The notes beneath the pieces are model-generated. The model worked only from the letters and a program-made list of their open reading frames with translations, was not told where the DNA came from and ran no database searches. The translations under genes and the position numbers were made by a program. Shown here in pieces: positions 1 to 10,699 of a stretch of 63,889 nt of DNA (position 1 is its first letter; each line of letters starts with the position of its first letter). Where the stretch lies: positions 57,723,240 to 57,787,128 of the forward strand of contig NC_068981.1 in assembly GCF_001194135.2 (NCBI RefSeq), in the 5' to 3' direction. The DNA is from Octopus bimaculoides (lineage: Eukaryota).

Positions 1-28
1 ATATATATATATATATATATATATATAC
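1..28. repeat. (TA)n microsatellite
   Basis: Direct reading. Other simple repeats at 2267-2312 (TG/TA), 35001-35026 (GT), 36406-36432 (TG), 44462-44490 (AG). Confidence 0.95.
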
Positions 29-340
29 CGCCTGACTGGCCTTTGTAGGGTTTTCGAGCGAGATCGTTGCCAGTGCCCCTGGACTGGCTCTTGTGCGGGT
101 GGCACATAAAAGACACCATTTCGAGCGTGGCCGTTTTCGTGTGGGTGACACGTAAAAGCACCCACTACACTCTCTGAGTGGTTGGCGTTAGGAAGGGCAT
201 CCAGCTGTAGAAACTCTGCCAAATTAGATTGGAGCCTGGTGTTGCCATCCGGTTTCACCAGTCCTCAGTCAAATCGTCCAACCCATGCTAGCATGGAAGG
301 CGGACGTTAAACGATGATGATGATAATGATGATGAATTAG
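28..340 (+). repeat. Abundant LINE-3'UTR-derived short element ending in GGACGTTAAACGATGATGATG
   Basis: Same module recurs at about 2325-2710(+), 2716-3062(-), 7120-7435(+), 12895-13130(-), 19250-19460(-), 22530-22700(-), 24030-24140(+), 26170-26340(-), 33320-33530(-), 34880-34985(+), 37230-37340(-), 44735-44905(+), 46326-46590(-), 49340-49505(+), 52030-52260(-). Confidence 0.9.
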
Positions 341-1057
341 CTGTCATTACTGACGACACGTGGTCAGCTAGTAATTTGTTATACATCTGCCAAAATATTT
401 TGCCACACATCATATTAGCTAAAGTCAGTGCATATTATTTATCTTTTATTTGTTTCAGTCTTTGGAGTACAATCATGTTGAAGGGTTTACTCAAACAAAA
501 CAGGCCCAGTACTTATTTTTATGCCTGGTATTTATTCTATCAGTCTCTTCTGTCAAATCATTAAGTTATGGAGATATAAACAAACGCTGGTTGTCAAGTG
601 GTGAGGGTGGCTGGCACAAATACACACAATGGGCTTCTACATAGTTTCTGTCTACCAAATTCACTCACAAGGCATCGGTCAGCCTAGGGCTGGAGACACT
701 TGTCCAAGGAGCTGCACAATAGGACAGAACCTGAAACCATGTAGTTACAAAATGAGCCTTTTAACCACACGGCCACAAGAAATATTTTTCTGGGATTTCA
801 TTTCCTATAATTAGGGTTGCACATCATATACTAGGGCATATTTTATAAGAATAGTGACTAAATACTATAGGTACTCAACCACTCAGTCCCACTTGTCTCC
901 CACATCCCACAAAACATGCTGATATATGAAACTGCAAAAATGTAACAACAACTACAGTGACATCTATTTTTTCAAAAAGAGTTCAGTTTTTAAATAAGGG
1001 CACCACTGATGTAATATACCTTAAATACTTGACTGATACATATTTTGATACTGCCAA

Positions 1058-1475
1058 GTGGCTATGTGGTAAGAAGTTTGCTTCCCAACCACATGGTTTC
1101 AAGTCCAGTTCCAATGTGTGGCACTCTGGGCAAGTGTCTCTTACTATAGGCCTGGACTGACCAAAGCCTTGTGAATGAATTTGATAAATGGAATCTATAA
1201 GAAGACCAATGTTTGTATGTATGTGCCTGTTACTGTCTCCTTGCTTTAAAATTGCATGGTAGTTGTAAATGAGTGTCACCATCATGCAAACAATGTCTTT
1301 CATTACCAAACATTTGTGAAAACATGTCCGGTCATTGAGAAATATTACCTTACTTGGAAAGAGGTGAGGGTTGGCAACAGGAAGGGCATCTGACCACGGA
1401 AAATACATCTCCACAAATTCTGACACATGTGTGCATGGAGAAAAGTGGGTGTTAAAACAATGATGATAATGATGA
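1058..1475 (+). repeat. tRNA-derived SINE (A/B-box-like head)
   Basis: Head TGGCTATGTGGTAAGAAG...GGTTTCAAGTCC. Related copies at about 620-770(-), 3640-3900, 12600-12850, 18740-19110, 27925-28260, 29500-29870, 56440-56660. Confidence 0.8.
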
Positions 1476-1663
1476 ACTTGAATAAGGATAATATTTTAAT
1501 AATGATATTTGAACTACTAATGAAATAGGGACATTCGTAGATTTGGAAACACAGTTTTATAGTGAAAATAAAAACTTAAAAATCTTTAAATAACGTAATT
1601 CATGCAAAGATATAAAACATTAATGCCCTTGAAATGAAGAAGCTTAAAGCAAAATGTTCTTAC

Positions 1664-1791
1664 CTACAGTCATGTGGCAAGTTTTGTCTCTTGTTAAATA
1701 TTCAACAACTGGGGTTGATACATAACCTGCACCTAAGAGCAAACACTTTTTAGTAATTGAAGAGCTCAGTAATTTTGCTTTTTTAGCAGAT
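1664..1791 (-). CDS. AASS: AASS coding exon 11 (linker and start of SDH domain: SAKKAK...LLLGAGYVSTPVVEYL...TV + 1 nt)
   Basis: 128 nt, phase 2/1, poly-T + TCTAG acceptor, GTAAG donor. Rossmann motif LLLGAGYVS. Confidence 0.95.
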
Positions 1792-2269
1792 CTAGACAAA
1801 AAAAAAAAAAAAGGAAAATTATGATATTTAATAAACATTTCAATAAAAGATAACTAAAAACTTGGTGCAAATTGTAATAAGAATCAAAGCATACAAAACT
1901 GAACTTTTAAATCTTAAAACAACTGAAGGGTAAACTCAAAGCCAAGTGAGATCTACAACTAGATTTTGATTGCCACTTTAGCCAATTATGCCCTTTATGG
2001 AATGTATCTGAAAATGCAGTTATGGCCCTTAAGCGAAGGTACATGAGCTCTACCTGACTGAATTACTTGGCCACAATGCATCAAAACAGCTATAAACATT
2101 AGTGTACTCCTTACTTCTAATAATGCTACTTTATTATATTAACTAATACAACACACATGACCAATACAGTAGAGTGTCAGACAATGCATTCAAAGTTCTT
2201 ATACCACCTTGATCAAGTCTTTTACAAGATCTGTAGATATTGGTTTTCTTGCACACACACATGTATATA

Positions 2270-2313
<44 letters not shown>

Positions 2314-5300
2314 ATGCCAGTACCGCCTGACTGGTGGCACACAATAAGTACCATTCATGCATGGGTCCTGCCAGTGCTGACTAGCTCCCCGCACTGGTGG
2401 CACGTAAAAAGCACCATCTGAACGTGGTTGATGCCAGCATCCCCGACCCGACTGGCTCCTGTGCTGGTAGCACATAAAAAGCACCATCCGAACGTGGCTG
2501 ATGCCAGTGTCGCCTGCTGGCTCCCGTGCCAGTAGCATGTAAAAAGCACCCACTACACTCTCAGAGTTGTTGGCGTTAGGAAGGGCATCCAGCTGTAGAA
2601 ACCTTGCCAGATCAGATTGGAGCCTGGTGTGGCCTCTTGGCTTGCCAGTACCAAGTCAAACTGTCCAACCCATGCCAGTATGGAAAACGGACGTTAAACG
2701 ATGATGATGTATATATCATCATCATCATGGACGATTTGACTGAGGACTGGCGAACCAGATGGCTACATCAGGCTCCAATCTGATTTGGCAGAGTTTCTAC
2801 ACCTGGAGGCCCTTCCTAACGCCAACCACTCCGAGACTGTAGTGGGTGCTTTTACGTGCCACCGGCATGAAGGCCAGTCAGGCGGTACTGGCAACAGCCA
2901 TGCTCAAAATGGTGTATTTTACGTGCCACTTGTACAGGAGCCAGTCCAGCGGTACTGGCAACGACCTCGCTCGAATGTCTTTTCACGTGCCAGGAAGGCG
3001 ATGCTGGTAACAATCATGCTCAAATGGTGTTATTTACGTGCCACTGGCACGGAAGCCAGACAGCCGCACATGTATGTATGTCCCATTGCTGAGTGGAACA
3101 TACATACATGTTTATATATTTCTACCTTGAAGTCTGAGCTCTTATCTTATTGAGCTTTTATGCTTTGGTTGACCATGCCTGCTCCCTGCTGGCTTTTCAC
3201 AGCAGAGTCAAGACTATACACTAATTAAGATAGCAGCTTGGAAAATAGAATTGCTTGGACCTTGTTGCCCTTAGAATATCAATTCACCTATCCATTTTCT
3301 CTATAAATTTGATTGTTCTTTTTTAAAATATCACTTACTGATCATGTTAGTTGGTGGAAAGGTCATCTAGTTTTACCTTGCCTGGTTATACATGTTTAAA
3401 ATGGTGGATTTTTGCTAAGATATAAACTAGCATCAACAAAATGGTACTAAAACAGCTGTAGTAAATTTAAAACCCATTTGTGTTCTTTCATATATATATA
3501 TATATATATTGTTTAATATGCACAGTATATAGTTACATACTGTGTATATTAAGCAATATTTCTCTCACCAGATGGAGTACTTGTTAGAGATATTATCTGA
3601 AAGGAAATGTAAGACTATACACACATATATAGGCACAGGAATGACTATGTGGTTAAGACAGAACTTGAAACCACTTTGGACAGGTGTCTTCTATAATAGC
3701 CTAAAGCCAAGAAAAGCCCTGTTAGTGAATCTGGTAGACAGAAACCGAAAGAAGCCCGAAATATGACATAACTCATTGTCTTGACATCATGCAATAGTTG
3801 TAAACAACTCACTGTCACACAAGCGGTGTTGTTCATAACCAATCTTCATTGAAAACATGTCTGCCCAAGGGAAAGTAACCAGCCATAGAAAATCTGCCAT
3901 AACTTATTCTGTCTGACTTGTACATTAAAATGACAACAACGATGTACTTACATATAAAAAGCACAGAGAGCAATGAAATTAGAAGTTTTAAATATTTATG
4001 ATCTTCAGAGAATAAGTAACATAATTAAAGTCAAGTGCTTCCAAATAAAAAAGAAGTGTGTAGACAACTTGTTAAAACTTCACTACTTCCTAAGGAACTA
4101 ATAATGACTTCTAACTTTAGCATAAGGACACACATTTCAGTTGGAGTGGCAGGCTCAGCTGGGTCCTTGTTTATTGAATTCAAAAGGATGAAAAGTAAAG
4201 TTGATCGCAATAAGATTTGAACTAAAAATGAAGCAACAGTCTAGTACTCTACTACTTTACATTCATTTCATTTCTGCTCTTCCATACCTTTAATAATACA
4301 AATAGCATGTAGGGATACATTTAAATTACTTTCATCTCATATAAACAAATGAGGAAATGTTTTCTACATAGTTGGTCAGTATGTGAATGTAATTTGCATC
4401 AGTTAGTATGACAGTCATTATCATTAGACGTTTTGTTGCTATAAACCTTTCTGATTTCTTATTTCATTATTGCCCACAAGGGGCTAAACAAGGACAGACA
4501 AAGGGATTAAGTCGATTATATCGACCCCAGTGCGTAACTGGTACTTAATTTATTGACCCCCAAAAGGATAAAAGGCAAAGTCGACCTTGGCAGAATTTGA
4601 ACTCAGGCCATAACGGCAGACGAAATACCGCTAAGCATTTCGCCCGGCGTGCTTATGTTTCTGCCAGCTCACTGCTTTTATGTATATTTTGAGAATGTAT
4701 TTCTATTCTACTAATTCTGATTATAACTTGACTTGCATATAATCTAAATAATTTGCAAAGGAAAATAATTTAAATAGATGTGGAGTGGTTGGTGTTAAGA
4801 AGGGCATCCAACCCATGCCAGCATGGAAAGTGGATGTTAAATAACGATGATGATGATGAAACTTATTTAGTTTCAATAGTTTCCGAGATATCAGGGTAAA
4901 TACTTCAAACTAGACAAAAACGAGTCAATAAGGAAGCCTCTACATGATTACATGTATTTTTAGAAATAGCAGTTACATCCCCTACACAGATTGTTGTATG
5001 TACACTAGATCAGGACAAAAAAAAACAGGATGGCCACAACTGGAATACCTTTGATTACAGATCTGTTTGACTAGAATTGATTAAGAGCTAAACAACTGGA
5101 TAAAAAAGGAGGCTGCCAATTTTTCAAAGATAGATTTAAGAATGATAGCAAGGTTTCTTATTATTATTAAACCCTTCCTTACTAGGAAAAAAAAAAAAAA
5201 AGATTTGGGATTTGAGCTCAGAGCAACATAACTATTAGCATTTAAGATTTTCATTGTAAGAGAAGTTGAAAGTTCATATCTTTTTCAATCTTGACCTGAC

Positions 5301-7941
5301 TCAATTAAACTTATATTACTGCCAATAATAATTTCTTTATTAGATAGAAGGAATTTTATATAACACCAAAACTGGAAGGAATTTAGCAATATAGATGGTA
5401 TTGTTTTTCTTTTCTTTGTTGTTCCAGTAGGAGTTACCCCTTTATGTACTGTAAATGTTAGATGATGTCCCCTGAATAAGAACAGCATTTTATATTGGGT
5501 TCATTCAGCATATCAATTTATAAATTGCATACACAACACTCTAGTGAGAAAATGGATGCTCTTGTCTACAATGGTTTCAGACTTATGATGGTATTTCATG
5601 AATCTTAAGAATCTTTCCTTTCATTTTTTTGCAGTTCTGATGTCACTTGAACATTTTTTAGTTGCATAACTAAAAAAAAAAAATGATCAGGTACAAGATT
5701 CACAATCTCTAGAAATTGTTCTGTTGGACAAACTGTTGCATTCCTCCAGATGAGGTCAGAACATTCTTTGAAAAAAAAAAAAAAAAGGCAGTAGTACACA
5801 GATAAAACCTAGTATCCAGTGTTGTTCTATTATATGTTAAACAATCATTATGCATTTGGAAGCAATGGCTTCATTTAAGTTTCAAACATAAATGAGCATG
5901 TGCAAGTTCTGAATATTTGATGTCTAAAAGTTCATGTATGCTTTAATAATTTATGTATAGTAAAAGTTTAATGGTAAAGCTGTTAGATCAAGAAAAGGCT
6001 TTAAACTTTATTCTGGATTCTTGACCAAACACTATATCACAAGCATCTTTACTGGTTCCTTCTATACATCTTAAGCTAACCTCAAATTGATCTAGTCCTC
6101 TGTGAATTGCTTATTTAATACTTCTTAGGGTGTGCCAGTGAGAACAATCTGCAATGCATTCTTCCTATGTTACAGAGCACTGCTCAATAATCTATGTTCC
6201 TAAATCAACTTTCAAATGTATTTACAAAACTTTATCCTCCAAAGACTCAATAAAAGGGCTACTGATGACTGATTCACAAAATAAAATTTTCAAAAAACAT
6301 GCTGTTGCTCCACGAGAATTGAAACAAGTTTCTATTTACTGATTTCAAATTTAGAAATAGTACATTTCTAAATCTCTCAGATTTATGCAGTAATGATACG
6401 ATGAAGTAGTTGTATGCTATCAACTTAATGTGACAGCATACAACTACTTCAAAGTTTCTATTTATTCAGAGTATTTTCTTCATAAGGCACCTTGGACATG
6501 AGGGACAAAAATGTGATGTCACCATTGCTGCTATAAAGTAAATGAGCTTTTACTAATTAAAAATAAATAAACAATTATGGTAATTCTTAATGTTGCTGCT
6601 GGCTAAGTCAATGGATTGACAATATGAGGACAATGGTTGAGAATCTGTCACTAACACTACCTACTTATATCCCTGACCATGATACTTGACACTAACTGGT
6701 CTATTTCATCAAATTGAAAATAATTACCAGGCACATGTATAATTCATCCTGGTAAAAAGCTGGGGCACTTTAACTGAGAAATGTGTTGGTTAGATTGCAG
6801 TGCTGAGCTCATTCCTCTTTCCTTATCAGAGACATTAGATACAAATATTACAATAATAATAATTTCTGCCATAGTAGAATTAAATGTCTCGCCTCAAGGT
6901 ATTTTAATTAAAACATTACCAAAAATCTTTCTTCCATAGTTGTTCAAATTCTGGTCCTTTGTCAAATGTATTCCCACCAACTTTAGTCAATCACCCTCAC
7001 ATATTACCTATATTTTGCTCCATAATCTATCATGACCAACATTTAGTGTCTGCCTTGCTTTGAGCACCAACTCCAGTTTACCAGTCTGATACAACTTCAA
7101 AATTTCTTCAGTCATCAATGCTGGTGGCACATAAAACACACCATTTGAGCGTGGCCATTGCCAGTGCCGCCGGACTGGCACTTGTGCAGCTGGCACATAA
7201 AAAGCACCATTTGAGCATGGCCGATGCCAGTACTGCCTGACTGGCCCTCGTGCTGGTGGCACGTAAAAGCACCCACTACACTCTCGGAGTGGTTGGCATT
7301 AGGAAGGGCATCCAGTTGTAGAAACTTTGCCAGATCAGATTGGAGCCTGGTGCAGCCTTCTGGCTTGCCAGCCCTCAGTCAAATCGTCCAACCCATGCCA
7401 GCATGGAAAGCAAACATTAAACGATGACGATGATTACCTGGTCACCTAGTTCCGACATTTTTCTTCCTTTCTGTTTTAGGGAACAACATTGTGTTTGCAT
7501 CAAAGAGAAGTTTTAATAGGAAATGCTTGACTAATATTCCATATTTTGAAAGATAGCAATGGATTCTATGTTATTAAGGGGGCACTGTATTTTTACCTGG
7601 CAATTTGCTAAGACACAAAAACTGAAGGAAAAAAAATTCTAATATTTCAGACATGTTCCTGGAAGTTAGTATGTAAATATTAATCACTTGTAAGGATGTG
7701 GTATTTCATTATACAACCATAATATACTATAAAGTATAATAAACGTTTTTATGAGCCAATATCAAATCCTACATAGTTAGCATTGTGCTTTACATCACTT
7801 ATTAGGGTTATCGCTATAATGTCCATAGAATATCTATAGAGATAACCCTAACAAATATTTTAGAAGGATTGTACTAATAAAGAATATTTCAAATACCTTA
7901 CTAACCACTGTTGTTGTCATGTGTGATATGTGTGTGATGTA

Positions 7942-7974
<33 letters not shown>

Positions 7975-8845
7975 GTACAAATATTGGACAAAGATGTGTC
8001 TTCCACCTTGTCACAGTAAAGGCAACCAGTCAAGAAGAGCAATATCTCCCAACAAAAACTGACACAAGGTAAGAAGAATCATTGTTCCAGCTGCAGACAA
8101 CTGTAGCACAATAAAATGCATTCAATCTACACTATAAGGTAGTTAGGCAAAAGAAGGATATAGATACAAAAACAATACAAAAAAAAAAGAAGCTCCTGAC
8201 ATACACAGTAACAAAGATTGGCAGTTTACTCTGTTACTGTGTGTGTCAAACAACAAGGTAGAACAACTGGTGAGCTAATGAGGGACCCATTCAACCAGTG
8301 TCAGTATGGAAAAACATGTAGAATGATGTTTTATAACCACCTAGAATAATACAGCCATCTGAAAGTTTTTTTTCCTACCCTCACTATCAAAACATAAACA
8401 GGAGTTTGAGATAAATATCTACAGTTGAATTATCTGTAAGCAATCAACTACAGTATATACTAAAACTGATCTTTTCAATCCTAGAAAGGGAGTGAGAAGC
8501 AAAGATAATCCCATTAGAGCTTGGACACAAAACAATGTGGTACAAATTTAGTTACAGCAAAGCATTCATTCCAGTATTCTGCTGCATCATCTTTAGTTGC
8601 TCCTACTGCTTATATATATACTATAATAATAATAATAATAATTTTAGGGAATAAAATCCAAACTTACAAGGGAAAAAATTCAATTTAGCAAAACTAAATC
8701 AAATTTCAAAATATAAAATATATGTATATAATTTAGAGAAAAACTGCTATTTAATAATTTATTAATGAAGAATATAATTCATACCCTCCAGAAAATAAAT
8801 ATCATAAACACCTTATTCTAAAAATACAATATAGTACATAAGAAT

Positions 8846-8973
8846 GACTACGCACGTTTCATGGCTATATTTTCAAATAGATAACTAATAAAACCAATTC
8901 GATTATTAATTCTATTAATAATCAAATCGATCTATAATTAAATCTATTTAAAAATATAGTTACTTGTCAGGTC
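8846..8973 (-). ncRNA. Second hammerhead copy, core mutated (CUGACAA), probably inactive
   Basis: Reverse-complement copy of 9225-9352: GAC-CTGACAA...GAAAC-GTGC-GTA-GTC. It has a G8-to-A change and loses one core-proximal stem II pair. Confidence 0.65.
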
Positions 8974-9224
8974 TAAAATAAAATAAAAATAATAAATAAA
9001 CAAATGATTGAAAAACATTTAATGATATTTCTTAAAATAAAATCATAACTTACCTTTTCAAAAAGATAAGTTATGATTTTATTTTAAGAAATATCATTAA
9101 ATGTTTTTCGATCATTTGTTTATTCATTGTTAAAACAAGTATTTTTTATATATTTATTTGATATTTATTGTAAGTTATAATACGTCAATTGGTTTTTTAT
9201 TATTATTATTTTTATTTTATTTTA

Positions 9225-9352
9225 GACCTGATGAGTGACTATATTTTTAAATAGATTTAATTATAGATCGATTTGATTATTAATAGAATTAATAATCGAA
9301 TTGGTTTTATTAGTTATCTATTTGAAAATATAGCCATGAAACATGCGTAGTC
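9225..9352 (+). ncRNA. Type I hammerhead ribozyme with intact core and very long stem II
   Basis: GAC-CTGATGA (9228-9234), stem II hairpin 9235-9337, GAAAC (9338-9342), ATGC loop, GTA cleavage triplet (9347-9349), GTC. Stem I is GAC/GTC. Confidence 0.75.
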
Positions 9353-9609
9353 ATTCTTTTATGTACTATATTGTATTTTTAGAATAAGGTGTTTATAATA
9401 TATTTATTTTTTGGAGGGTATGAATTATATTCTTCATTACTGATCGATTTAATAGCGGTTTTTCTCTAAATTATATATATATATATATATATATTATGGC
9501 AACCGACTAATTGTCACGTATTACATTATAGATAAATTCTTCTATTTATCTAATATTGAGATCTCATTCATTCTTTTGTTGTCCTATTATTATTATTATT
9601 AACATATAT

Positions 9610-9748
9610 NNNNNNNNNNNNNNNNNNNNNNNNNNNNNNNNNNNNNNNNNNNNNNNNNNNNNNNNNNNNNNNNNNNNNNNNNNNNNNNNNNNNNNNNNNN
9701 NNNNNNNNNNNNNNNNNNNNNNNNNNNNNNNNNNNNNNNNNNNNNNNN
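9610..9748. other. Assembly gap (139 N)
   Basis: N run. Other gaps at 37064-37073 and 43035-43259. Confidence 1.
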
Positions 9749-10629
9749 TATACTCATATATTTATTAAATATGTATTCATATGCACAATTTTCATAATTT
9801 GAAGATGAAGAGACCCTTATGGTTTCCTAATAGCAATTAAGATCATTATATTATTTGTTCCACATTGAGTGATGGTGGATCAATAACGGTGATGAGTGAG
9901 TACACATTCTCTAACTTTCTCTTCTCCAATGTTTATTTGAGTGTTTTCTTTTTCTTTCAGCTTGTGCACTTCATTGAAAGGTTACGATCGAAGGAGAGAC
10001 CGCATTGTCTGACCTACAAATGTTATTAGCTGATTCTCATCAATTACAACAGGATGTTGGAAAGACGACATCAAGAACAAATTTTAAAGTGCTGTTCTCA
10101 GTCCATCAGTTTATATTCTTAGGGTTTGCAGTAGTAATCTACTAATGGAAAAGGATCCCAGTAAAAAGAGGCCATAACAAAATGTTGAGGTGTGGTCCAT
10201 CAGCTGATACAATCTTGTACTGTTGTATCACACGATTATGAAAAGTCAATCAAAGGCTAGTAGTATTCAGTTGGGATTCCACATAGTAAATAACATGCAA
10301 GTTTGTAAACCACTTCAGTTGTGGTTTCCTCTTACCTCTTGGAGTAGGTTGAAATCCTAAAATTAAAACAATTACCAAGAATGATGCATGATGCAAACAA
10401 TTAAAAACAATATATCATTATCCGTTGCAAAAATGTTCCTGTTCCATCAAGCATTTAAAACATTTACATCAACATTATTCAAAAGATCTAAGACATTTTC
10501 TCTCTCACAGAAAAGTGAAATCTCCATTATTCATTTTAATTAACACAGCTACATACTGCAAGTCAACTTCAAATTAAACGGTTATGAGTAAATCTAAACA
10601 GTCTACCAGTCCATTTAATTCTCTTCAAT

Positions 10630-10667
<38 letters not shown>

Positions 10668-10699
10668 TTGATTAAAAGCTTCTCTTTACCAATGACTCA

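Larger units (their letters stand above)
8720..9490. repeat. Head-to-head palindrome, probably two inverted Penelope-like pseudo-LTR (pLTR) copies
   Basis: The left arm (about 8720-9059) is the reverse complement of the right arm (about 9060-9490), except for about 80 extra nt in the right arm (about 9125-9205). Centre is CTTTTCAAAAAG. Confidence 0.9.

Noticed and set aside
1058-1135. tRNA gene
   Set aside because: A/B boxes are present but I see no cloverleaf; it is the head of a multi-copy SINE.
5605-5799. Poly-T + AG sites suggesting extra minus-strand exons
   Set aside because: No convincing donor and no AASS similarity; exons 10 and 11 already join in phase.
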